In this document: positions 22,201 to 35,226 of the stretch, piece after piece
How positions within the stretch are numbered: the first letter of the stretch is position 1
Layout of the letters: the number at the start of each line of letters is the position of its first letter
Source of the DNA: Podarcis muralis
Lineage: Eukaryota
Assembly (NCBI RefSeq): GCF_964188315.1
Contig: NC_135655.1
Coordinates: 45,322,001-45,386,000, forward strand
Length of the DNA: 64,000 nt
Reading direction: 5' to 3'
Made by a program: the position numbers and the translations under genes
The notes under the pieces: generated by a model
Seen by the model: the letters and a program-made list of their open reading frames with translations, nothing else
Database searches by the model: none
What the model was told of the DNA's origin: nothing

Positions 22201-22350
22201 TAGAATCATAGAATCGTAGAATTGCAAGGGACCACGAGAATCACCTAGTCCACTCCCCTCTGCAGTGCAGGAAGATTTTGCTCAACATGGGGCTCGAACC
22301 CACAACCCTGAGATGAAGAGTCTCACGCTCTACCAACTGAGCTATCCCAG
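22201..22350 (-). mobile_element. tRNA-Lys-derived SINE with CR1-type 3' tail
   Basis: Minus strand CTGGGATAGCTCAGTTGGTAGAGCGTGAGACTCTTCATCTCAGGGTTGTGGGTTCGAGCCCCATGTTGAGCA is close to tRNA-Lys(CTT); it is followed by ...GGACTAG...GGTCCCTTGCAATTCTACGATTCTATGATTCTA. Confidence 0.85.
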
Positions 22351-22831
22351 AGTTGCTGGGCTACGGATGCTGCGGTTGCTATGGCACTACATTAAGCCCT
22401 GCTGCTTTCCCTGACCCACTGAGAACAACAGTATTTCTTAATCATAGTTAGCTAGATGTTTTAAGATCAAAAGAGGATATGCGACAAAATGTCATCTTCA
22501 TGCTGCCTCAGTGTAGCTTTTTCAACAATCCTGCTGTGCTTACCAATCACTTTCTTAGACTGCAAACACTCTAATAATTAAAAGTGGTGTGTGTGTTAAA
22601 CTAAAAGTTTTATGTGTTCTTGCATCTGATCTGGGATGGTTAACCTGTGACCCTTCAGATCTTATTGGAGTCCAACTCCCACTGGCTCTAGTCAGCATGA
22701 CCAGCCCCTAGGGATGATGGGAGCTGTAGTTCAGTGAGATCTGGAATGTTCCAGGCTTCCTGCTACTGCATTAGACCAAGCTGAAATGAGATTCTTTTTT
22801 ATAGAGTGTCATATTATATACTAGTAATTAT

Positions 22832-23060
22832 TGGTTAAGAGCGGTAGACTCGTAATCTGGTGAACTGGGTTCGCCTCCCCGCTCCACCACATGCAGCTGC
22901 TGGGTGACCTTGGGCTAGTCACACTTCTCTGAAGTCTCTCAGCCTCACTCACTTCACGGAGTGTTAGTTGTGGGGGAGGAAGGGAAAGGAGAATGTTAGC
23001 CACTTTGAGACTCCTTCGGGTAGTGATAAAACGGGATATCAAATCCAAACTCCTCTTCTT
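22832..23060 (+). mobile_element. CORE/MIR-related squamate SINE (Squam3-like)
   Basis: GGTTAAGAGCGGTAGACTCGTAATCTGGTGAACTGGGTTCG head, TGGGTGACCTTGGGCTAGTCAC core and (CTT)-type tail. Confidence 0.75.
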
Positions 23061-23070
23061 TTGCTATTAG

Positions 23071-23231
23071 GTAATAGTACAGACAGTTGGACTGCAGCTC
23101 AAGCCCTGGCAATGGAAGGCAATATAAGTTTCCATGTAGTGAAAAGGATCCTGACTCAAATTTTTGAGCAGCAGGATGATGCCACAGAAGACCAGGCTTG
23201 TCTTTTATTATCTCGACTCAGCCGACAAACA
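23071..23231 (+). CDS. HEATR4: HEATR4 coding exon 7 (161 bp)
   Basis: Acceptor GCTATTAG|GT, donor ACA|GTAAGT. Encodes GNSTDSWTAAQALAMEGNISFHVVKRILTQIFEQQDDATEDQACLLLSRLSRQT. Confidence 0.9.
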
Positions 23232-24325
23232 GTAAGTACCAAGGCTCAAGTGAAAGAACAAGCTGGAAACACACAACCATTGTGGCCTGCTGATATTTAT
23301 TTGACTCAGCCTTGCCCACCACTGTTGAATACAGACACTGGACACTCTTTGTAGCACAAGGCATGCATGTTGCAGAAAAGACAGGCGTGAGACTTGTCGT
23401 TCTGCTTTGGTGGGCTTGGGCCCAAGGGGCAGGTTCAGCTTCCTTGCACAGAATCCCACAGGGAACATTCACATCAAAAATTATTTTGCTTTCTGTCTGT
23501 GAATAAGTGGCCAGGCCAGTTGCTGTACTCAACAGATTTTTCCATGGGGATTAATGATAATCTTGTGAACAGTGGCATTATTTCTCCCTGGATTCCAAGT
23601 AGATTAGTCAGATGACTCTGGTTATTTTCAGTATTCCAGTCCAGATTATCACAATGCCATGGACAATGGCTTCACATTGTGTTTTCTTTTTAAAGGGTGT
23701 GTGTGAGAGGTTAAAATGTGAATGGGAAATTCCTAATTTAACATTAGTATATATCTATATTTTTAAAAAAGGTTCCAGCAGGACATCTGTTTGTTATATA
23801 CTATCACAAGCAAGGATAGCTCACCCCTTTTCCCTGAGTGGTGAAGTTACAGCAGCAGTCTCTTTCCTTGTAATGAAAGAAAGCACAGGAACTGGTGGTG
23901 TATTTGTAATTATCTGGATATTAAGATCAACCTCCGAGGCCTTGCTCTGAGTTCCCCACATCATCTGAAGAAAGGTAGATGATGATCAGAGACAGTGGCT
24001 TTCAGTTGTGGCCTCCTTCTCCAGAGAGGTTTGCTGGTGCCATATTTGTTTTATACTCAGTGCCAGGTGAAAACATGTTTATTTGCCCAGGCCTTAAGGA
24101 TGTATGTGTTTTACAATGCTGAAATTGTTAACTGCTTTGTTGCTACAGCTTAGTATTTGTTACTATGGTTTAGTATTTGTTTCATAACAAGCGGCACTAA
24201 GAGTTTCAGCTGCAGAGTCAATCAGGTCAATTAGTACCAGTTCCTCAAAGCAAACAGCATGCTTTGAAGTTATCACACATTGTTATCTCGCAGCCAGCTC
24301 CAAAAATGGTCATCGGTGGTCCTAA

Positions 24326-24535
<210 letters not shown>

Positions 24536-24749
24536 TGAACCTAACATACTATAATATCCATAAGAGAATATTGGTAGAGCCATTTTCATGACCGAAGCAC
24601 TAGCAGATTCAAATATTCCTTCTGACATGATTCAAGCTTACTAGAGATTCCATTGTTTGGCAGTTCAGAGTGAGGGAAAAACATGTTTCACTGATTTCTT
24701 CATTTATGACATGCACCAACATACACATAGTACTTACTTACTTATCAAA

Positions 24750-25080
24750 CCTTTATTAGGCATTATACAAATAAAACGATAAAAGAGAAAATAACATATA
24801 AAAGCCATGAAATATATACAGAAAGGCAGCAGTTGGCTACATACACATATATATATATACATATAGAATCAGTGGTTTTCCTTGTTAACCTGCTCCTTGG
24901 AGAACTGCTACCAAAAACTCGGCTACCCCCGCCGTTACCCTTTGGTCAACGTCGGATAGGCAGAATCCCACACATTCACCTTGCTGGGGTTCCAGACCAC
25001 CCAAAAGAGGGGACAGCACGCGTTGACGGAGCGTACTGTACAATGGGCATACACATAGTAATTCGGGGAGGGGGAATTGT
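24750..25080 (-). mobile_element. Degenerate non-LTR retrotransposon 3' fragment
   Basis: Minus strand ...CPLYSTLRQRVLSPLL...DQRVTAGVAEFL resembles a LINE ORF2 C-terminus, followed by AATAAA and a (TAAG)n tail. Confidence 0.45.
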
Positions 25081-26238
25081 TGCAGTGGTGATGCCACCAT
25101 TAATCATCAAAAAAAATCTGATTCATTTAAAATTGCTCCTAAATGGCACTGGTGGTGAAACAATGTGTAAAGACGGAGATGTGAATATATAGACAGAAAA
25201 TTCTTTGGTTTGAATCCTAAACTAAATTAGCTGAAGGAAGCTCATGGAAGGAAAGTTTCCTGTTGCCTCCTCGCTACCCAGCCCTGTGTGTTCCCTGAAA
25301 AGCCTCCCGTGAGACTCAGGAGGCCCTCCGAAACAGCAGAGGCTTGGGCTCAGGTGTATCCTGGGGATAAAAGGAGAAGGGAGGGAATCACAAAACTTTC
25401 CTTCTGTGGATTTTATTAAGTTATATTAAGTTATCCAAGTCTGATTTTGGAAGATCCCCTTGTCCACCAGCAGCCCACTGCATCCCAACCCACATTGCTT
25501 AGGAGGCCACTGGCCCTCCAGAGTAGGCTTTTTGGAGGGTTCCGGTGTCTTCAGAGAGACAGAGGGAATGGGAAGCTTTCCTTTTATGAGCTTCTTAAAT
25601 TAACTTACCTTGGAATCTAAGCCTGCATTATGTAGGACCACAGCTCTGTATATGAGCACTGGGTTTGGGATGCACAGGTTAAGGTTTCTACTGCTGGCAG
25701 AAATTCTAGGCTTGCCAAAAAATATCCATTCCTTCCCAAAGGGCTACCCAGGGATGAAGGGGGCCAGCTTCCTTGATTCCTAGAGTTTTCCAGGTGTCCA
25801 GGCTTTCTACATGGCTCCCCGCAGAGATGCAGACATCAGAAACAGTTGTACTCTTTTAAAATGTTGCCTTGTGAAGCAAGGTTGTGTTGCAGCAGTTCCG
25901 CTCCTACAGGGCTGCTTTCAGAGAGCAGCACTGGGAAACTATGGACCAGCCTCCTGCCAGTTGTGTTATGGGGAGATTTGGGGCTCTGTTTCTGTTACAT
26001 CTGAATCAGGAGAGGGTGTGGCTGTTTCAAACCAATGCCTGGACACTCTTATACTACTGTTTTACTGGTTTTATGTTGCATTCTGTTTCAATGACATTGC
26101 TTGTTGTCTTTATGTTGTACACTACTTAGCATTTTTAAAAATATTAAGCTGTATATAAATGCTTTTTAATGATCATCTTTGTCTTCTTCAGTGTCAATTT
26201 ATATGTTGCCTAAAGTTACTCTTAGTTCTTCTATGTAG

Positions 26239-26358
<120 letters not shown>

Positions 26359-27485
26359 TGAGAGCCGTGCAACATGGTAAGACATCTCAATCACTAGCAA
26401 AACATTTCCTCTGCAAGATTCTGAAATGCAGATAGACAGTGCATTGGAAACAGAGGACCTCAATAACGTCTGATGGCATTTGAAATGAGACGCATAGAGA
26501 TCCATATGCATGTTAGAAACATCATCTTCACTGATGGGCAGAGCAATCCTATACAGTCACATTTGTGCCCAGTGCTACAGATATCCTGGCAAGAGCTTTC
26601 AGCCAACGTACTGGAGGTAGTTCCTTCAGGGTAAGTATAATTCTGCTGACATACCTCCATCTCTGCCAGCAGAGCATCATATATACTGCTTCCTAAGGCC
26701 ACTTAGCTGGCCTAAGTCATTTACAGGATTTGCACCCTTAGTATGCTCTTAAGTATAGGATAGGAAAAATAGGATAAAGTTGATAACAAAATAGGATAAA
26801 GTTAATAACAATTGTTGTTATGCTTTTAAATGCACAAAACTAAAGCTTGATTGATCCTCTGCTCCATAATGTGAGCTGGTCTGATTGTCTGAAGGCAATG
26901 CACAGGGGCAACATGAGAGGCACAATCCAGAATCAGTCCAAGGTCAAGACACTGGGGCCTGGACTCAAATCAGGCAACTGGTGCAATTACACTGGTGCGT
27001 TTACTTTGGAACCCAGAGCGCAGCTGCAGGCCATCAAGGCTGCCTAAAGAGTTCATCTGTTAATGAGGAACATCTTACTCACAAGTCGCCATTTTCTCTT
27101 GAGGAGGGCAGCAGCCTGACAGAGCCTGCACCTGTGGGCACCTGCACTCCCCCAGACTCAGCGGCTGATCAGCCTCTGCCTCTGATTCTGTGCAGGGGCC
27201 TCCTGTGTCCTGAGGAGGAGGTTGGAGGGCCAATGTGACCAATGAAAGGTTTGGCTCTGTCTGACTGTTAATTGACACAACCTGCTGCTCCATTTGCCTT
27301 GGGGAGCTCCAGGTCCTCCTCCGAAGAGGATTTCTCCAGCGTGGAAGTGGCAGTGGTGCCCTCCAGGTGTTGGTGGGATCCACTCCCATCATCCCTAACC
27401 ATTGGCCACGCTGTCTGGTCCTGATGGGCCCATCAACATTTGGACAGCACCACAGTGATTACCGTTGCAGTTATTTATGCTAAAC

Positions 27486-27620
27486 CAGGCATAGGCAAAC
27501 TCGGCCCTCCAGATGTTTTGGGACTACAATTCCCATCATCCCTGACCACTGGTCCTGTTAGCTAGGGATCATGGGAGTTGTAGTCCCAAACATCTGGAGG
27601 GCCGAATTTGCCTATGCCTG
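27486..27620. mobile_element. Palindromic hAT-type MITE
   Basis: TIRs CAGGCATAGGCAAA...TTTGCCTATGCCTG; exact 8-bp TSD TGCTAAAC; internal sequence shared with 5771-5906. Confidence 0.9.
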
Positions 27621-27762
27621 TGCTAAACACATCTAGCTCATGAACACGGGGGTTTATGCTGTTGCTGATTCTATTAACACTTGTTATAATTAATGGCCCT
27701 TCACTTCAAATGAAGTCTTTACGCCCAGGACTTAATAACTGAGTTCAACCATTGTTCATTAA

Positions 27763-28011
<249 letters not shown>

Positions 28012-28603
28012 TGACTGCCTCAGGTGGCAGGATCTGCAGGAACAGCAGATTCAGCCTCCAAACAATGCATCGCCTTCTGATGCTGCTGCAGTGGCAGAGA
28101 CAGCTGGGGTGCTGTTCCTTGAAGGCCAGATCTGCTGCCTCCTTGGCAGCACCCCCTCCATACCTCCTTTGCATCAGCCTCTGCTATAATACTAGAACCT
28201 GGGTCCCTCCAAAGAATCTGAATTAATGGGAGATTCAGGACAGACAAAATCCTTCTTCACGCAACACATAGTTAAACTACGAAATCACCCCCATAAGATG
28301 GTGGCCGACAACTTGGATGCTTTTCCAAGAGAATTAGGGAAATTCATAGAAAACAAGGTTATCAGTGGCTGCTAGCAGTGATACATGTGCCAGAGGCAGT
28401 GTGCCTCTGTATGCCAGTTGCAGGGAACTGCAAGCGGGGAGAGTGCTGTTGTATTCAGGTAATGCTTGCAAGATTCTCATAGGCATCAGGTTGACCACTG
28501 TGAGTACAGGAAGCTGGACTAGATGGGGCTTTGGTTTGATACAACTGGACTGTTCTTATTCCTTTTGATGTAGACTTCATTACATGCAATTTGAGCTGGA
28601 TCA

Positions 28604-28700
28604 GGGACGCGGGTGGCGCTGTGGGTTAAACCACAGAGCCTAGGACTTGCCAATATCAGAAGGTTGGCGGTTCGAATCCCCGCGACGGGGTGAGCTCCAA
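28604..28700 (+). mobile_element. Sauria-type SINE head fragment
   Basis: GGGACGCGGGTGGCGCTGTGGGTTAAACCACAGAGCC...GGTTCGAATCCCCGCGACGGGGTGAGCTCC, then truncated. Confidence 0.8.
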
Positions 28701-29510
28701 GAGCATCTGGAGGGCCACAGGCTCCGTATCCCAGCTCAATCCCATTTCATCCCAGGGAAACGTATTTGCTACATCTCCAAAGTATTTTTTGGTAGAGCCA
28801 ATGAATCCAGTTGCTTGGGGGCTTTGATCTGGTTTGTGGACTTTCTGTTAGCTGTCTCTGAAAGCCCACCCCGCCATAGACTGTATTTTCTGTGCTTAAA
28901 AATAATAAAATAATATAAGCTGTGTTTATTATTTATTCATTCCCATACTTTTAAAAATAATATTATAGGCACAGTTTGCCAAGACCTTCTAAGCACCATT
29001 GAAAGTTAAAGGAATGTGATGAATAATAATAATGATTATAATTTGTACATCGCCCATCCAACTGGGTTGCCGTGGCCTCCAGCAGATAAAAAAACACAAT
29101 AAAACATTAAATATTAAAAACTTCCCTATAAATATTCCATATAAAATATTAAAAACTTCACCTTCTGATGGGGTGAATGAAAGCAGAAATGTGCTATTGT
29201 GTTTCTCTCCATTATTATGAGGCTTGGACAGGAAAAGAAAATACTGCACATAATGAAAAGAAGGCTTTTTCAAGACAATGGAATTGAATGAGCTACCTGT
29301 CTGCCCTGCAAAAATGTTACAATACACAAGTGATGGGCGATGTTTGTCTTGGTGGGTTCCTCATCGTGCCTATCTGCTGCCTTTATATTACAGTCTGGAA
29401 TTCCCTATTGGGGCAGTCTTGTAATTTATTTGGTGTGAACCATCCCGTTTAAAACAATATGCAAACTAGGTTCTGTCAACTAATACCTTTTTTCTTGTTG
29501 CTGTTCTTAG

Positions 29511-29580
29511 GTGCTCAGGTGCCTTTTTAAGATAATGCAGACTGACCCTCTCTGGAAAATCAAGACTCTAGCTATCAAAG
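29511..29580 (+). CDS. HEATR4: HEATR4 coding exon 11 (70 bp)
   Basis: Acceptor GTTCTTAG|GT, donor G|GTATTG. Encodes VLRCLFKIMQTDPLWKIKTLAIK. Confidence 0.88.
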
Positions 29581-31241
29581 GTATTGTACAGGCTAGGACC
29601 CTATAATTTCCTTCTCATGTGCAGAACCAACCTGTAAAAAGTATGGGGATGTTCAAGTTCCACTAAAAATGCTGATCCTCATTTGTGGATGTTTTAATCA
29701 TCAGGACTGAAGCAGCCCCAAGACTAGTAATAATCCTACGTTAGCATTTACATAGCATATTTAAAGCATTCAAAGCATTTAGCACTTCATATTGTCTCAT
29801 ATTGTTTCCAGAGAAGTAGCTGTCTCTGCTGCACCAAGAACAGGAAAGAGTTCTGTGGCCTTTTATGGACTATCACATTATTATGGTATCAGCTTCCATG
29901 GACTAAAATCCAGTTTGTCACCAGTTATCTTTGTAACAGCCCTGTAGGATAAGTGAATATTTTAATCTCTCATTCTACAGATGTCTGATGTTGAGAGCAA
30001 AGCCTCTTGCTTAAGCCTCTTGAGAGAACTGCTAAGTGATTTCAACCAGAGACTTCTTGGTACACTCTCTTGGGGCCAAGCTGGATATGCCATTAATTGC
30101 AATCTTGCATTGAATATATACACTTTAAAAACTGCAAATCAAAGCTGCAAGGGAAGGGATACGATGATCAGAATCACAACAAGTCATGGTTGGCGAGTGT
30201 AACCATTTCTTCCCCTGTTGTGATCTTGAGGGAAATCCCTCCTCTGAAGCTAGTATTTGCACTGGGAGGAAATCCTCTCAATGCAAATAGTGCAGCAACA
30301 GGGAACCTTGGACCCAGCAGCCAAATGTGGCTTGCCAAGCCTTTCTGTCTAATCCTTGGGACTCTCCCCAGAGCATAACCTCTCCCAAACACACTGTCTC
30401 TTCCCAGGCCAGTCCCCACACTGGCCTTCCTTCCCACTCCCCTTGAATGTTTTCACTTGGCTGTAAAGTGTTATTGACCTCTGATAGTGACTCTTGATTG
30501 TGAAGAGTGTCTGTAGAAAATAGTGTACTATATAAAGGTGCAATTTACATTAATTTATCTACCCACTTTTGCCTGCCCAACACTGGTACGTGCCCCCTGG
30601 AAGATTGCTTTTTTAAAAAAGGCTTCCCACCTCTGAAATAACACATTCAGGCAAAGGATTTTCCTCAGAACCGCAGCAAAGGAGGAAAGGTTTAATTATC
30701 AGCCCCAGAGGCAGCTGCTGTTTGCGTGCAAAAATAACTAGCCATATTTAACATCCTATCTGATACTGCAACAGCTAGCATACTTATTTAGTGAGCAGAT
30801 ACAATGAACTTTTTACATGCCTCAAAAGTCTTTTCCTGCTGCTGAAATTTCACATTAAAAGAGTCAGCATCAGAGTCAGCATCCTGCTTTCTAATTAAAC
30901 ACCTTGCCAAAAACGGTATGTCCAGGAGCACAATCCTGGACTGTCATTGAGTTAATGAGTCAACAGTGGCTTGATTTCCAAAAAAAGATGAGTAAGATCA
31001 GCAATAATACCGGCATCTACAAAAGATGATTTGGGTATAATCTATTTTGTGCTGCAAGGAAGGTTGCAGCACAAAAGAGATTCCCACAATAAGGCAATTC
31101 CTTCCTTCCACTTCAGGGAGAAAGGATAACATTTTGTTTCAGAGTGTAGGATGTAGAACTTTAGGTGATGGTGGCGCTTGGAACATTGCCTCATCTTCCT
31201 GGCATAAATGTTGAAATGAACACTCTTTTATTTTCTGTCAG

Positions 31242-31431
31242 CTCTGGGTCAGATAGGAGAGGCAAGTCCTTACCTGAAAGAACTTCTCCTCTGGGCCCTT
31301 CATTATGAAGAAGATCCCGGGGTGCGAAGGGAAGCCTGTCGTAGTCTCATCACCCTCAAGATGAAGGATGAAACAGTTCGGGCTACTTTGCTGGAGAGAA
31401 TGATTATGGAGCCAAATGAGATGGTCAAAGA
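31242..31431 (+). CDS. HEATR4: HEATR4 coding exon 12 (190 bp)
   Basis: Acceptor TTCTGTCAG|CT, donor GA|GTAAGT. Encodes ALGQIGEASPYLKELLLWALHYEEDPGVRREACRSLITLKMKDETVRATLLERMIMEPNEMVK. Confidence 0.9.
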
Positions 31432-31526
31432 GTAAGTCCCTTGTTTCCTAAATGGAGAAAAACTTACGCATTTAGAAAACCACTTCCTTCTCCTGGGTTC
31501 TTCTTGGCAGATGTGCAATACCTTTA

Positions 31527-31736
31527 CAGTGGTACCTCAGGTTACATACGCTTCAGGTTACATACTCCGCTAACCCAGAAATAGTGCTTCAGGTTAAGAA
31601 CTTTGCTTCAGGTTGAGAACAGAAATCGTACTCCGGCGGCACGGCAGCAGCAGCAGGCCCCCATTAGGTAAAGTGGTGCTTCAGGTTAAGAGCGGACCTC
31701 CGGAACGAATTAAGTACTTAACCCGATGTACCACTG
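31527..31736. mobile_element. Tc1/mariner-type MITE (210 bp)
   Basis: TIRs CAGTGGTACCTC...TGTACCACTG; TA flanks. Confidence 0.88.
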
Positions 31737-33012
31737 TACTTCTTCAGGATAATGCTCCTGTGGAACACATTTACAGCTTCTGGGAATGAACTTTGTGCTT
31801 GGGGGAGGGGGAAAAGAAAAGCCGAAGTCCGGAAACTAAGTTCTGTTTCTCACTGGGCACTCCCACCACCACCCATTTGGTGAGCGTAAGGCCAGCGGGT
31901 TATGTGTATAGATCTCCTCCACTTAAGAGTGGTGCCTGAGTGAGTCAGGATTTCCCCCTTACATGAGCTACACTTATAAGTTGGTCCCCTTCTCTCACAC
32001 ACCAAACATGTAGCTAGGGGGTCAGGGCCTGTACGATCTGGCAACCCCATCATGAGTTAATGTTTAGCCTTTGCTTGTAATTCTGTTTCTTTCCTTACAG
32101 GTATTCCAATGAGCACCTCTCAGATTAACACTAGAGTGGCTTCAGAATTAGCAGTCCAGAATAAGCTCTAGCTGTTCTTAAGTAACACAAACAGAATAAG
32201 CTTTGAGGGCATATTTGGCAGGGTATGATACAAGGCCTTGCAGATTTTTACCTTGTTCATAAACACCCCATGACTATCTAAATTTGTATCAGATGTACCC
32301 CCAACTGACTTGTGCAGATTTTGAGGGCATGTGGAAGGCTTCAGGGAGGAGTGTGATGTGAAGTTCTGCTGCAGAAGTCTGTTTCACTTGTGCACAGACA
32401 GCACTGGATACATATTCATATTCTAGACTATTCAAAAGTTTGCAAATAGTTTTAAGAAACAGTAAAGCCTACTTTCAAGATTAACTTGAGAACTGGAGTT
32501 GTGGCCTCCAAGTGCCTTAGATGGGATGGAAACTTTCACTGTAAACATCAACATTACTTCTGAGAAGTACTATACTTAAACCTGATCCATTCCTCACCCC
32601 ACTCCCCTCTTCCGCGTAGTCATGTGCTCCTTCCAAGCCTCAACCAGCCAGAATTGCTAGCTACATCTGTTTTTTTATCATTTTTACCACCTACCCTAAT
32701 AACCTTCTCCAATGAACTGCTGCACAGACCAAGCAGATCACAGGGTGGTACAGAAGAACGCAGTGTAAGGTTACAGTTGGTGGCCTTTGCCAGCATGCCA
32801 CTCCAGGTCTGTGGTACCAATACCCATCTCTTCCCCAACCTGCCTCGTATGCATGGCAAAGACAGATTTTAGTGTCTCTTACACCCACTTCCCCTTGTAT
32901 TGCATCACAAAGATTTCAGAGGGTGCAGCAGACATATGGAGACAAGTGGAAGCATGAACCAGCTTCAGATAAGCCCAAAGGACCCGTAGGGGAGGCCTTC
33001 TCTAGCTATACA

Positions 33013-33160
33013 CAGTGGCGTAGCGTGGGGGGGTGCAGGGGGGGCCGGCCGCACCGGGCGCAACATCTGGGGGTTAGGGTTAGGGGGCGCAAATCCACGG
33101 GTTAGGGGGTGCAAATTACTTGCCTTGCCCCGGGTGCTGACAACCCACGCTACGCCACTG
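33013..33160. mobile_element. hAT-type MITE carrying TTAGGG motifs
   Basis: Perfect 17-bp TIRs CAGTGGCGTAGCGTGGG...CCCACGCTACGCCACTG; exact 8-bp TSD GCTATACA (33005-33012, 33161-33168). Confidence 0.92.
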
Positions 33161-33166
33161 GCTATA

Positions 33167-33398
33167 CACTGGTACCTCAGTCTACGAACAGTCCTGTTAA
33201 CGAACGCTTCAGACAATGAACTCCACAAAACCGGAAGTAGGTGTTCCAGTTAGCGGACTTTGCCCCGGAAGACGAACGGAAGCCAAACACCGGCGGCGGG
33301 AGGCCTCATTAGGGAAAGTGCGCACCTCAGTTTAAGAACGCTTTGGTTTAAGAATGGACCTCCAGAACAGATTAAGTTTGTAACCCAAGGTACCACTG
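33167..33398. mobile_element. Tc1/mariner-type MITE
   Basis: TA-CACTGGTACCTC...AAGGTACCACTG-TA. Confidence 0.8.
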
Positions 33399-33766
33399 TA
33401 CACTGCTGTAGGGGCAGAAGGATCTACTTACACTGTTGCAGATATCTCACAGAATAAGGTGCTAGCTGTATGCACATAGGAAATATAGACTGAGAGAAGT
33501 TATTGTATTGTATTTATTATGTTTTATTATGATGTTTTTGTATCGGATCAGATTAAGGTCTGTGTTCTTTGGTGTATCTTTTGTTGCTGTAAACTGCCTT
33601 ATGAATAGTAATATAGAAAGGCAGCATACAAATTAAAAGTGAAATGAAAAAATGAAAATAGAAGATGGCTAGTGTACTGATTTGGCAGAACTCCTTCCTC
33701 TGCCAGGCTTTCATCTGAGATCTCTGAAGCATGTAAATAACACACCGTCCATTGTTTCCAATTTAG

Positions 33767-33845
33767 GGAAGTGAGCCGTGCTGTGAAGATTTTCAATTTT
33801 GAACAGGAAGAGGAACACGAAACGATTCAGATGATCAAGAATAAG
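33767..33845 (+). CDS. HEATR4: HEATR4 coding exon 13 (79 bp)
   Basis: Acceptor AATTTAG|G, donor AAG|GTGGGA. Encodes EVSRAVKIFNFEQEEEHETIQMIKNK; phases 2 to 0 fit. Confidence 0.8.
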
Positions 33846-34951
33846 GTGGGAGAAAACTGCAATTAGCAGAAAGAACTAGATTCTTTTTTTTTGTAGGAGT
33901 AAAGAATTCAGAAATATATTATGAATACTCCCCCTTTCCAAGGATGTTCAATTATAGCTGAATGGGGGGGACGGACCTGCTCCCCTCCCCCTAAAATCAC
34001 ACTTTTTGCAGTAAGCAACGGAGGAAGTCTAAACTTGAGAGACAGCACTTGTGAGTTACCACTTGCTTTGACACATCCTCTTATCTCCCTAAACACAGAT
34101 CATAATGAACGTTAATTAAAATAGCTATTATCATCGAATCTTGCTGCAGGACAAATGCTCAATAAATAGGTCATCTGGAAGTGCCCTTACTTTCACATAA
34201 AATCTTCATGTTCATTCTGGAGGTGGCATGGTCCTGTGAAAACTGGACCACATAGCTTCTTGCACTTAGATCTAGCAGTTTATAGAGCAATTAGCTGTAA
34301 TGCCCCTTTTTGTCTCTCTACCCTTCTAGGAGGGCTAGTGTGTTAGTTAGTTAGTCTAGTCTTACATCCTGGAGGTTAAGGAAACTAGGAATCTTACTGA
34401 AGAGTTAAGCTCTGGCTTGTTAGGGCACACAGGGCTCTGGGCAGTCTTAATGCAACTGTCTAGGCTCTCTGAAGCCCAGTCATACCATTACTAATTTTTC
34501 ACATTACAACTGGCTCCTACCAGCCCCTGAAAAAGAAGTGGAGGCAATGTATGTCAATATATAAACCAGAAGGAATTGTGGAAAGCAGACACAGACATCA
34601 GTTATGAAAGTGAAAAACATTTAGCAGTCCTACTCTCCAAATACAGATCTGCCCCACTCTGTCCCTATTTAGGTAATAGCATATTGTTCCGATCTGGTCA
34701 ACTAGAATTAAGTTCTGTTGAATGGAGCACCTAGTGACAAGTGATCTACCCTTCTACAAGGGCTGGTGCATTAGTTTCACCTTTAGTCTTACACCCCCAA
34801 GACTACAGAATTTTAATCTTTGGGCTACTGATCGTTGTATTTTTGGTTTTAGTACATTGGATTTGGTTTGTTTCCATTGTGCACCACCTGGACAAGTTTT
34901 TACATGACAAGTAGCACGTAATTTTAACAAAAATAACTATTTCTGACGCAG

Positions 34952-35123
34952 GTTGCCACATTAAGCCAAAAAGACTTGGTAATTGAGAAAGTGCTCAAGA
35001 TTAAGGAGATAACAAAGAACACGTGGCAGGAAGCCCACCGCATCTATCGAGAGAAGGGAGACGTCTTTGCGTACCGTTCAATAAGGGACATCTTCCTTGA
35101 TGTTGTTCAAGATATTTTCACTG
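34952..35123 (+). CDS. HEATR4: HEATR4 coding exon 14 (172 bp)
   Basis: Acceptor TGACGCAG|GT, donor G|GTAAAT. Encodes VATLSQKDLVIEKVLKIKEITKNTWQEAHRIYREKG...VVQDIFT. Confidence 0.82.
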
Positions 35124-35200
35124 GTAAATCAGGGTGGTGGGGAAAGCAGTTTGGTAGAATGCTCATTTGCTTTTGCATATTTATTTTTTTCTTTTTTCAG

Positions 35201-35226
35201 AAAGGGTGCTTGGCACAAACTTTAAA
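35201..35226 (+). CDS. HEATR4: Candidate HEATR4 penultimate coding microexon (26 bp)
   Basis: Strong acceptor (T)nCTTTTTTCAG|AA and donor AAA|GTAGGG. Supplies the required phase 1 to 0 bridge and reads E-R-V-L-G-T-N-F-K (recalled human E-M-V-L...). Other bridging exons are not excluded. Confidence 0.45.

Noticed and set aside
22278-22350. Functional tRNA-Lys gene
   Set aside because: Altered acceptor stem and anticodon loop (CTCTTCA), fused to a CR1-type tail and lacking an oligo-T terminator; it is a SINE head.
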